Shown piece by piece: positions 41,701 through 53,700 of a stretch of 64,000 nucleotides of DNA (position 1 is the stretch's first letter; each line of letters starts with the position of its first letter). The stretch is from contig OZ024741.1 of NCBI GenBank assembly GCA_964016885.1, forward strand, positions 154,628,001 to 154,692,000, given 5' to 3'. The notes below the pieces were generated by a model, which was given only the letters and a program-made list of their open reading frames with translations, was not told the origin of the DNA and did not search any database. Made by a program: the position numbers and the translations under genes. This DNA is from Eledone cirrhosa. Taxonomy: Eukaryota.

Positions 41701-44700
41701 GTGTTTTGGTGTAAGTAGTGATGGTGGTGGTGCTGTTGTTGGTACTGTGTGTTGGTGTAAGTAGTGATGGTGGTGGTGCTGTTGTTGGTACTGTGTTTTG
41801 GTGTAAGTAGTGATGGTGGTGGTGCTGTGGTTGGTACTGTGTTTTGGTGTAAGTAGTGTTGGTGGTGGTGCTGTGGTTGGTACTGTGTTTTGGTGTAAGT
41901 AGTGATGGTGGTGGTGGTGCTGTTGGTACTGTGTTTTGGTGTAAGTAGTGATGGTGGTGGTGCTGTTGTTGGTACTGTGTTTTGGTGTAAGTAGTGATGG
42001 TGGTGGTGCTGTGGTTGGTACTGTGTTTTGGTGTAAGTAGTGATGGTGGTGGTGGTGCTGTTGGTACTGTGTTTTGGTGTAAGTAGTGATGGTGGTGGTG
42101 CTGTTGTTGGTACTGTGTTTTGGTGTAAGTAGTGATGGTGGTGGTGCTGTTGTTGGTACTGTGTTTTGGTGTAAGTAGTGATGGTGGTGGTGGCGTTGTT
42201 GGTACTGTGTTTTGGTGTAAGTAGTGATGGTGGTGGTGCTGTTATTGGTACTGTGTTTTGGTGTAAGTAGTGATGGTGGTGGTGCTGTTGTTGGTACTGT
42301 GTTTTGGTGTAAGTAGTGATGGTGGTGGTGCTGTTGTTGGTACTGTGTTTTGGTGTAAGTAGTGATGGTGGTGGTGCTGTGTTTTGGTGTAAGTAGTGAT
42401 GGTGGTGGTGCTGTTGTTGGTACTGTGTTTTGGTGTAAGTAGTGATGGTGGTGGTGCTGTTGTTGGTACTGTGTTTTGGTGTAAGTAGTGATGGTGGTGG
42501 TGCTGTGTTTTGGTGTAAGTAGTGATGGTGGTGGTGCTGTTGTTGGTACTGTGTTTTGGTGTAAGTAGTGATGGTGGTGGTGCTGTTGTTGGTACTGTGT
42601 TTTGGTGTAAGTAGTGATGGTGGTGGTGGTGCTGTTGGTACTGTGTTTTGGTGTAAGTAGTGATGGTGGTGGTGCTGTTGTTGGTACTGTGTTTTGGTGT
42701 AAGTAGTGATGGTGGTGGTGCTGTTGTTGGTACTGTGTTTTGGTGTAAGTAGTGATGGTGGTGGTGGTGCTGTTGGTACTGTGTTTTGGTGTAAGTAGTG
42801 ATGGTGGTGGTGTTGTTGGTACTGTGTTTTAGTGTAAGTAGTGATGGTGGTGGTGCTGTTGTTGGTACTGTGTTTTGGTGTAAGTAGTGATGGTGGTGGT
42901 ATTGTTGTTGGTACTGTGTTTTGGTGTAAGTAGTGATGGTGGTGGTGCTGTTGTTGGTACTGTGTTTTGGTGTAAGTAGTGATGGTGGTGGTGCTGTTGT
43001 TGGTACTGTGTTTTGGTGTAAGTAGTGATGGTGGTGGTGGTGCTGTTGGTACTGTGTTGTGGTGTAAGTAGTGATGGTGGTGGTGTTGTTGGTACTGTGT
43101 TTTAGTGTAAGTAGTGATGGTGGTGGTGCTGTTGTTGGTACTGTGTTTTGGTGTAAGTAGTGATGGTGGTGGTGCTGTTGTTGGTACTGTGTTTTGGTGT
43201 AAGTAGTGATGGTGGTGGTGTTGTTGGTACTGTGTTTTAGTGTAAGTAGTGATGGTGGTGGTGCTGTTGTTGGTACTGTGTTTTGGTGTAAGTAGTGATG
43301 GTGGTGGTGTTGTTGTTGGTACTGTGTTTTGGTGTAAGTAGTGGTGGTGGTGGTGTTGTTGTTGGTACTGTGTTTTGGTGTAAGTAGTGATGGTGGTGGT
43401 ACTGTTGTTGGTACTGTGTTTTGGTGTAAGTAGTTATGGTGGTGGTGCTGTTGTTGGTACTGTGTTTTGGTGTAAGTAGTGATGGTGGTGGTACTGTTGT
43501 TGGTACTGTGTTTTGGTGTAAGTAGTGATGGTGGTGGTGCTGTTGTTGGTACTGTGTTTTGGTGTAAGTAGTGATGGTGGTGGTGTTGTTGTTGGTACTG
43601 TGTTTTGGTGTAAGTAGTGGTGGTGGTGGTGCTGTTGTTGGTACTGTGTTTTGGTGTAAGTAGTGATGGTGGTGGTGCTGTTGTTGGTACTGTGTTTTGG
43701 TGTAAGTAGTGATGGTGGAGGTGCTGTTGTTGGTACTGTGTTTTAGTGTAAGTAGTGATGGTGGTGGTGGTGCTGTTGGTACTGTGTTTTGGTGTAAGTA
43801 GTGATGGTGGTGGTGCTGTTGGTACTGTGTTTTAGTGTAAGTAGTGATGGTGGTGGTGCTGTTGTTGGTACTGTGTTTTAGTGTAAGTAGTGATGGTGGT
43901 GGTACTGTTGTTGGTACTGTGTTTTAGTGTAAGTAGTGATGGTGGTGATGGTGTTGTTGGTACTGTGTCTTAGTGTAAGTAGTGAAGGTGGTGGTGCTGT
44001 TGTTGGTACTGTGTTTTGGTGTAAGTAGTGATGGTGGTGGTGTTGTTGGTACTGTGTTTTAGTGTAAGTAGTGATGGTGGTGGTGCTGTTGTTGGTACTG
44101 TGTTTTAGTGTAAGTAGTGATGGTGGTGATGCTGTTGTTGGTACTGTGTTTTGGTGTAAGTAGTGATGGTGGTGGTGTTGTTGGTACTGTGTTTTAGTGT
44201 AAGTAGTGATGGTGGTGGTGCTGTTGTTGGTACTGTGTTTTAGCGTAAGTAGTGATGGTGGTGGTACTGTTGTTGGTACTGTGTGTTGGTGTAAGTAGTG
44301 ATGGTGGTGGTGGTGTTGTTGGTACTGTGTTTTGGTGAAAGTAGTGATGGTTGTGGTGCTGTTGTTGGTACTGTGTTTTAGTGTAAGTAGTGATGGTGGT
44401 GGTACTGTTGTTGGTACTGTGTTTTGGTGTAAGTAGTGATGGTGGTGATGGTGTTGTTGGTACTGTGTTTTGGTGAAAGTAGTGATGGTGGTGGTGCTGT
44501 TGTTGGTACTGTGTTTTGGTGTAAGTAGTGATGGTGGTGGTGCTGTTGTTGGTACTGTGTTTTGGTGTAAGTAGTGATGGTGGTGGTACTGTTGTTGGTA
44601 CTGTGTTGTGGTGTAAGTAGTGATGGTGGTGGTACTGTTGTTGGTACTGTGTTTTGGTGTAAGTAGTGATGGTGGTGGTGCTGTTGTTGGTACTGTGTTT

Positions 44701-47700
44701 TGGTGTAAGTAGTGATGGTGGTGGTGCTGTTGTTGGTACTGTGTTTTGGTGTAAGTAGTGATGGTGGTGGTGCTGTTGTTGGTACTGTGTTTTGGTGTAA
44801 GTAGTGATGGTGGTGGTGCTGTTGTTGGTACTGTGTTTTGGTGTAAGTAGTGATGGTGGTGGTGCTGTTGTTGGTACTGTGTTTTGGTGTAAGTAGTGAT
44901 GGTGGTGGTGCTGTTATTGGTACTGTGTTTTGGTGTAAGTAGTGATGGTGGTGGTGCTGTTGTTGGTACTGTGTTTTGGTGTAAGTAGTGATGGTGGTGG
45001 TGCTGTTGTTGGTACTGTGTTTTAGTGTAAGTAGTGATGGTGGTGGTGCTGTTGTTGGTACTGTGTTTTAGTGTAAGTAGTGATGGTGGTGGTGCTGTTG
45101 TTGGTACTGTGTTTTAGTGTAAGTAGTGATGGTGGTGATGGTGTTGTTGGTACTGTGTTTTGGTGAAAGTAGTGATGGTGGTGGTGCTGTTGTTGGTACT
45201 GTGTTTTAGTGTAAGTAGTGATGGTGGTGGTACTGTTGTTGGTACTGTGTTTTGGTGTAAGTAGTGATGGTGGTGATGGTGTTGTTGGTACTGTGTTTTG
45301 GTGTAAGTAGTGATGGTGGTGGTGCTGTTGTTGGTACTGTGTTTTGGTGTAAGTAGTGATGGTGGTGGTGCTGTTGTTGGTACTGTGTTTTGGTGTAAGT
45401 AGTGATGGTGGTGGTACTGTTGTTGGTACTGTGTTGTGGTGTAAGTAGTGATGGTGGTGGTGCTGTTGTTGGTACTGTGTTTTGGTGTAAGTAGTGATGG
45501 TGGTGGTACTGTTGTTGGTACTGTGTTTTGGTGTAAGTAGTGATGGTGGTGGTACTGTTGTTGGTACTGTGTTTTGGTGTAAGTAGTGATGGTGGTGGTG
45601 CTGTTGTTGGTACTGTGTTTTAGTGTAAGTAGTGATGGTGGTGGTGCTGTTGTTGGTACTGTGTTTTAGTGTAAGTAGTGATGGTGGTGGTGCTGTTGTT
45701 GGTACTGTGTTTTAGTGTAAGTAGTGATGGTGGTGGTGCTATTGTTGGTGCTGTGTTTTAGTGTAAGTAGTGATGGTGGTGGTGCTGTTGTTGGTACTGT
45801 GTTTTAGTGTAAGTAGTGATGGTGGTGGTGCTGTTGTTGGTACTGTGTTTTAGTGTAAGTAGTGATGGTGGTGGTGCTGTTGTTGGTACTGTGTTTTAGT
45901 GTAAGTAGTGATGGTGGTGGTGCTGTTGTTGGTACTGTGTTTTAGTGTAAGTAGTGATGGTGGTGGTACTGTTGTTGGTACTGTGTTTTAGTGTAAGTAG
46001 TGATGGTGGTGGTGCTGTTGTTGGTACTGTGTTTTGGTGTAAGTAGTGATGGTGGTGGTGCTGTTGTTGGTACTGTGTTTTAGTGTAAGTAGTGATGGTG
46101 GTGGTGCTGTTGTTGGTACTGTGTTTTAGTGTAAGTAGTGATGGTGGTGGTGCTGTTGATGGTACTGTGTTTTAGTGTAAGTAGTGATGGTGGTGGTGCT
46201 GTTGTTGGTACTGTGTTTTGGTGTAAGTAGTGATGGTGGTGGTGCTGTTGTTGGTACTGTGTTTTGGTGTAAGTAGTGATGGTGGTGGTGCTGTTGGTAC
46301 TGTGTTTTAGTGTAAGTAGTGATGGTGGTGGTACTGTTGTTGGTACTGTGTTTTGGTGTAAGTAGTGATGGTGGTGGTACTGTTGTTGGTACTGTGTTTT
46401 AGTGTAAGTAGTGATGGTGGTGGTGCTGTGGTTGGTACTGTGTTTTGGTGTAAGTAGTGATGGTGGTGGTGCTGTTATTGGTACTGTGTTTTGGTGTAAG
46501 TAGTGATGGTGGTGGTGCTGTTGTTGGTACTGTGTTTTGGTGTAAGTAGTGATGGTGGTGGTGCTGTTGTTGGTACTGTGTTTTGGTGTAAGTAGTGATG
46601 GTGGTGGTACTGTTGTTGGTACTGTGTTTTAGTGTAAGTAGTGATGGTGGTGGTGCTGTTGATGGTACTGTGTTTTAGTGTAAGTAGTGATGGTGGTGGT
46701 GCTGTTGTTGGTACTGTGTTTTGGTGTAAGTAGTCATGGTGGTGGTGCTGTTGTTGGTACTGTGTTTTGGTGTAAGTAGTGATGGTGGTGGTGCTGTTGG
46801 TACTGTGTTTTAGTGTAAGTAGTGATGGTGGTGGTACTGTTGTTGGTACTGTGTTTTGGTGTAAGTAGTGATGGTGGTGGTACTGTTTTTGGTACTGTGT
46901 TTTGGTGTAAGTAGTGATGGTGGTGGTACTGTTGTTGGTACTGTGTTGTGGTGTAAGTAGTGATGGTGGTGGTGCTGTTGTTGGTACTGTGTTTTAGTGT
47001 AAGTAGTGATGGTGGTGATGGTGTTGTTGGTACTGTGTTTTGGTGAAAGTAGTGATGGTGGTGGTGCTGTTGTTGGTACTGTGTTTTAGTGTAAGTAGTG
47101 ATGGTGGTGGTACTGTTGTTGGTACTGTGTTTTGGTGTAAGTAGTGATGGTGGTGATGGTGTTGTTGGTACTGTGTTTTGGTGTAAGTAGTGATGGTGGT
47201 GGTGCTGTTGTTGGTACTGTGTTTTGGTGTAAGTACTGATGGTGGTGGTGCTGTTGTTGGTACTGTGTTTTGGTGTAAGTAGTGATGGTGGTGGTACTGT
47301 TGTTGGTACTGTGTTGTGGTGTAAGTAGTGATGGTGGTGGTGCTGTTGTTGGTACTGTGTTTTGGTGTAAGTAGTGATGGTGGTGGTACTGTTGTTGGTA
47401 CTGTGTTTTGGTGTAAGTAGTGATGGTGGTGGTACTGTTGTTGGTACTGTGTTTTGGTGTAAGTAGTGATGGTGGACGGTGCTGTTGTTGGTACTGTGTT
47501 TTAGTGTAAGTAGTGATGGTGGTGGTGCTGTTGTTGGTACTGTGTTTTAGTGTAAGTAGTGATGGTGGTGGTGCTGTTGTTGGTACTGTGTTTTGGTGTA
47601 AGTAGTGATGGTGGTGGTGCTGTTGTTGGTACTGTGTTGTGGTGTAAGTAGTGATGGTGGTGGTGCTGTTGTTGGTACTGTGTTTTGGTGTAAGTAGTGA

Positions 47701-50700
47701 TGGTGGTGGTGCTGTTGTTGGTACTGTGTTTTGGTGTAAGTAGTGATGGTGGTGGTGCTGTTGTTGGTACTGTGTTTTAGTGTAAGTAGTGATGGTGGAC
47801 GGTGCTGTTGTTGGTACTGTGTTTTAGTGTAAGTAGTGATGGTGGTGGTGCTGTTGTTGGTACTGTGTTTTAGTGTAAGTAGTGATGGTGGTGGTGCTGT
47901 TGTTGGTACTGTGTTTTAGTGTAAGTAGTGATGGTGGTGGTGCTGTTGTTGGTACTGTGTTTTAGTGTAAGTAGTGATGGTGGTGGTGCTGTTGTTGGTA
48001 CTGTGTTTTAGTGTAAGTAGTGATGGTGGTGGTGCTGTTGTTGGTACTGTGTTTTAGTGTAAGTAGTGATGGTGGTGGTGCTGTTGTTGGTACTGTGTTT
48101 TAGTGTAAGTAGTGATGGTGGTGGTACTGTTGTTGGTACTGTGTTTTAGGGTAAGTAGTGATGGTGGTGGTGCTGTTGTTGGTACTGTGTTTTGGTGTAA
48201 GTAGTGATGGTGGTGGTGCTGTTGTTGGTACTGTGTTTTAGTGTAAGTAGTGATGGTGGTGGTGCTGTTGTTGGTACTGTGTTTTAGTGTAAGTAGTGAT
48301 GGTGGTGGTGCTGTTGATGGTACTGTGTTTTAGTGTAAGTAGTGATGGTGGTGGTGCTGTTGTTGGTACTGTGTTTTGGTGTAAGTAGTGATGGTGGTGG
48401 TGCTGTTGTTGGTACTGTGTTTTGGTGTAAGTAGTGATGGTGGTGGTGCCGTTGGTACTGTGTTTTAGTGTAAGTAGTGATGGTGGTGGTACTGTTGTTG
48501 GTACTGTGTTTTGGTGTAAGTAGTGATGGTGGTGGTACTGTTGTTGGTACTGTGTTTTAGTGTAAGTAGTGATGGTGGTGGTGCTGTGGTTGGTACTGTG
48601 TTTTGGTGTAAGTAGTGATGGTGGTGGTGCTGTTATTGGTACTGTGTTTTGGTGTAAGTAGTGATGGTGGTGGTGCTGTTGTTGGTACTGTGTTTTGGTG
48701 TAAGTAGTGATGGTGGTGGTGCTGTTGTTGGTACTGTGTTTTGGTGTAAGTAGTGATGGTGGTGGTACTGTTGTTGGTACTGTGTTTTAGTGTAAGTAGT
48801 GATGGTGGTGGTGCTGTTGATGGTACTGTGTTTTAGTGTAAGTAGTGATGGTGGTGGTGCTGTTGTTGGTACTGTGTTTTGGTGTAAGTAGTGATGGTGG
48901 TGGTGCTGTTGTTGGTACTGTGTTTTGGTGTAAGTAGTGATGGTGGTGGTGCTGTTGGTACTGTGTTTTAGTGTAAGTAGTGATGGTGGTGGTACTGTTG
49001 TTGGTACTGTGTTTTGGTGTAAGTAGTGATGGTGGTGGTACTATTGTTGGTACTGTGTTTTAGTGTAAGTAGTGATGGTGGTGGTGCTGTGGTTGGTACT
49101 GTGTTTTGGTGTAAGTAGTGATGGTGGTGGTGCTGTTATTGGTACTGTGTTTTGGTGTAAGTAGTGATGGTGGTGGTGCTGTTGTTGGTACTGTGTTTTG
49201 GTGTAAGTAGTGATGGTGGTGGTACTGTTGTTGGTACTGTGTTTTAGTGTAAGTAGTGATGGTGGTGGTGCTGTTGTTGGTACTGTGTTTTGGTGTAAGT
49301 AGTGATGGTGGTGGTGCTGTTGTTGGTACTGTGTTTTGGTGTAAGTAGTGATGGTGGTGGTGCTGTTGTTGGTACTGTGTTTTGGTGTAAGTAGTGATGG
49401 TGGTGGTACTGTTGTTGGTACTGTGTTTTAGTGTAAGTAGTGATGGTGGTGGTGCTGTTGTTGGTACTGTGTTTTGGTGTAAGTAGTGATGGTGGTGGTG
49501 CTGTTGTTGGTACTGTGTTTTGGTGTAAGTAGTGATGGTGGTGGTGCTGTTGTTGGTACTGTGTTTTGGTGTAAGTAGTGATGGTGGTGGTACTGTTGTT
49601 GGTACTGTGTTTTAGTGTAAGTAGTGATGGTGGTGGTGCTGTTGTTGGTACTGTGTTTTGGTGTAAGTAGTGATGGTGGTGGTGCTGTTGTTGGTACTGT
49701 GTTTTGGTGTAAGTAGTGATGGTGGTGGTGCTGTTGTTGGTACTGTGTTTTGGTGTAAGTAGTGATGGTGGTGGTGCTGTTGTTGGTACTGTGTTTTGGT
49801 GTAAGTAGTGATGGTGGTGGTGCTGTTGTTGGTACTGTGTTTTGGTGTAAGTAGTGATGGTGGTGGTGCTGTTGGTACTGTGTTTTAGTGTAAGTAGTGA
49901 TGGTGGTGGTACTGTTGTTGGTACTGTGTTTTGGTGTAAGTAGTGATGGTGGTGGTACTGTTGTTGGTACTGTGTTTTAGTGTAAGTAGTGATGGTGGTG
50001 GTGCTGTGGTTGGTACTGTGTTTTGGTGTAAGTAGTGATGGTGGTGGTGCTGTTATTGGTACTGTGTTTTGGTGTAAGTAGTGATGGTGGTGGTGCTGTT
50101 GTTGGTACTGTGTTTTGGTGTAAGTAGTGATGGTGGTGGTGCTGTTGTTGGTACTGTGTTTTGGTGTAAGTAGTGATGGTGGTGGTACTGTTGTTGGTAC
50201 TGTGTTTTAGTGTAAGTAGTGATGGTGGTGGTGCTGTTGATGGTACTGTGTTTTAGTGTAAGTAGTGATGGTGGTGGTGCTGTTGTTGGTACTGTGTTTT
50301 GGTGTAAGTAGTCATGGTGGTGGTGCTGTTGTTGGTACTGTGTTTTGGTGTAAGTAGTGATGGTGGTGGTGCTGTTGGTACTGTGTTTTAGTGTAAGTAG
50401 TGATGGTGGTGGTACTGTTGTTGGTACTGTGTTTTGGTGTAAGTAGTGATGGTGGTGGTACTGTTTTTGGTACTGTGTTTTGGTGTAAGTAGTGATGGTG
50501 GTGGTACTGTTGTTGGTACTGTGTTGTGGTGTAAGTAGTGATGGTGGTGGTGCTGTTGTTGGTACTGTGTTTTAGTGTAAGTAGTGATGGTGGTGATGGT
50601 GTTGTTGGTACTGTGTTTTGGTGAAAGTAGTGATGGTGGTGGTGCTGTTGTTGGTACTGTGTTTTAGTGTAAGTAGTGATGGTGGTGGTACTGTTGTTGG

Positions 50701-53700
50701 TACTGTGTTTTGGTGTAAGTAGTGATGGTGGTGATGGTGTTGTTGGTACTGTGTTTTGGTGTAAGTAGTGATGGTGGTGGTGCTGTTGTTGGTACTGTGT
50801 TTTGGTGTAAGTACTGATGGTGGTGGTGCTGTTGTTGGTACTGTGTTTTGGTGTAAGTAGTGATGGTGGTGGTACTGTTGTTGGTACTGTGTTGTGGTGT
50901 AAGTAGTGATGGTGGTGGTGCTGTTGTTGGTACTGTGTTTTGGTGTAAGTAGTGATGGTGGTGGTACTGTTGTTGGTACTGTGTTTTGGTGTAAGTAGTG
51001 ATGGTGGTGGTACTGTTGTTGGTACTGTGTTTTGGTGTAAGTAGTGATGGTGGTGGTGCTGTTGTTGGTACTGTGTTTTAGTGTAAGTAGTGATGGTGGA
51101 CGGTGCTGTTGTTGGTACTGTGTTTTAGTGTAAGTAGTGATGGTGGTGGTGCTGTTGTTGGTACTGTGTTTTAGTGTAAGTAGTGATGGTGGTGGTGCTG
51201 TTGTTGGTACTGTGTTTTAGTGTAAGTAGTGATGGTGGTGGTGCTGTTGTTGGTACTGTGTTTTAGTGTAAGTAGTGATGGTGGTGGTGCTGTTGTTGGT
51301 ACTGTGTTTTAGTGTAAGTAGTGATGGTGGTGGTGCTGTTGTTGGTACTGTGTTTTAGTGTAAGTAGTGATGGTGGTGGTGCTGTTGTTGGTACTGTGTT
51401 TTAGTGTAAGTAGTGATGGTGGTGGTACTGTTGTTGGTACTGTGTTTTAGTGTAAGTAGTGATGGTGGTGGTGCTGTTGTTGGTACTGTGTTTTGGTGTA
51501 AGTAGTGATGGTGGTGGTGCTGTTGTTGGTACTGTGTTTTAGTGTAAGTAGTGATGGTGGTGGTGCTGTTGTTGGTACTGTGTTTTAGTGTAAGTAGTGA
51601 TGGTGGTGGTGCTGTTGATGGTACTGTGTTTTAGTGTAAGTAGTGATGGTGGTGGTGCTGTTGTTGGTACTGTGTTTTGGTGTAAGTAGTGATGGTGGTG
51701 GTGCTGTTGTTGGTACTGTGTTTTGGTGTAAGTAGTGATGGTGGTGGTGCCGTTGGTACTGTGTTTTAGTGTAAGTAGTGATGGTGGTGGTACTGTTGTT
51801 GGTACTGTGTTTTGGTGTAAGTAGTGATGGTGGTGGTACTGTTGTTGGTACTGTGTTTTAGTGTAAGTAGTGATGGTGGTGGTGCTGTGGTTGGTACTGT
51901 GTTTTGGTGTAAGTAGTGATGGTGGTGGTGCTGTTATTGGTACTGTGTTTTGGTGTAAGTAGTGATGGTGGTGGTGCTGTTGTTGGTACTGTGTTTTGGT
52001 GTAAGTAGTGATGGTGGTGGTGCTGTTGTTGGTACTGTGTTTTGGTGTAAGTAGTGATGGTGGTGGTACTGTTGTTGGTACTGTGTTTTAGTGTAAGTAG
52101 TGATGGTGGTGGTGCTGTTGATGGTACTGTGTTTTAGTGTAAGTAGTGATGGTGGTGGTGCTGTTGTTGGTACTGTGTTTTGGTGTAAGTAGTGATGGTG
52201 GTGGTGCTGTTGTTGGTACTGTGTTTTGGTGTAAGTAGTGATGGTGGTGGTGCTGTTGGTACTGTGTTTTAGTGTAAGTAGTGATGGTGGTGGTACTGTT
52301 GTTGGTACTGTGTTTTGGTGTAAGTAGTGATGGTGGTGGTACTATTGTTGGTACTGTGTTTTAGTGTAAGTAGTGATGGTGGTGGTGCTGTGGTTGGTAC
52401 TGTGTTTTGGTGTAAGTAGTGATGGTGGTGGTGCTGTTATTGGTACTGTGTTTTGGTGTAAGTAGTGATGGTGGTGGTGCTGTTGTTGGTACTGTGTTTT
52501 GGTGTAAGTAGTGATGGTGGTGGTACTGTTGTTGGTACTGTGTTTTAGTGTAAGTAGTGATGGTGGTGGTGCTGTTGTTGGTACTGTGTTTTGGTGTAAG
52601 TAGTGATGGTGGTGGTGCTGTTGTTGGTACTGTGTTTTGGTGTAGGTAGTGATGGTGGTGGTGCTGTTGTTGGTACTGTGTTTTGGTGTAAGTAGTGATG
52701 GTGGTGGTACTGTTGTTGGTACTGTGTTTTAGTGTAAGTAGTGATGGTGGTGGTGCTGTTGTTGGTACTGTGTTTTGGTGTAAGTAGTGATGGTGGTGGT
52801 GCTGTTGTTGGTACTGTGTTTTGGTGTAAGTAGTGATGGTGGTGGTGCTGTTGTTGGTACTGTGTTTTGGTGTAAGTAGTGATGGTGGTGGTACTGTTGT
52901 TGGTACTGTGTTTTAGTGTAAGTAGTGATGGTGGTGGTGCTGTTGTTGGTACTGTGTTTTGGTGTAAGTAGTGATGGTGGTGGTGCTGTTGTTGGTACTG
53001 TGTTTTGGTGTAAGTAGTGATGGTGGTGGTGCTGTTGTTGGTTCTGTGTTTTGGTGTAAGTAGTGATGGTGGTGGTGCTGTTGTTGGTACTGTGTTTTGG
53101 TGTAAGTAGTGATGGTGGTGGTGCTGTTGTTGGTACTGTGTTTTGGTGTAAGTAGTGATGGTGGTGGTGCTGTTGTTGGTACTGTGTTTTGGTGTAAGTA
53201 GTGATGGTGGTGGTGCTGTTGTTGGTACTGTGTTTTGGTGTAAGTAGTGATGGTGGTGGTGCTGTTGTTGGTACTGTGTTTTGGTGTAAGTAGTGATGGT
53301 GGTGGTACTGTTGTTGGTACTGTGTTTTGGTGTAAGTAGTGATGGTGGTGGTGCTGTTGTTGGTACTGTGTTTTGGTGTAAGTAGTGATGGTGGTGGTAC
53401 TGTTGTTGGTACTGTGTTTTGGTGTAAGTAGTGATGGTGGTGGTGCTGTTGTTGGTACTGTGTTTTGGTGTAAGTAGTGATGGTGGTGGTGCTGTTGTTG
53501 GTACTGTGTTTTGGTGTAAGTAGTGATGGTGGTGGTGCTGTTGTTGGTACTGTGTTTTGGTGTAAGTAGTGATGGTGGTGGTACTGTTGTTGGTACTGTG
53601 TTTTGGTGTAAGTAGTGATGGTGGTGGTACTGTTGTTGGTACTGTGTTTTGGTGTAAGTAGTGATGGTGGTGGTGCTGTTATTGGTACTGTGTTTTGGAG

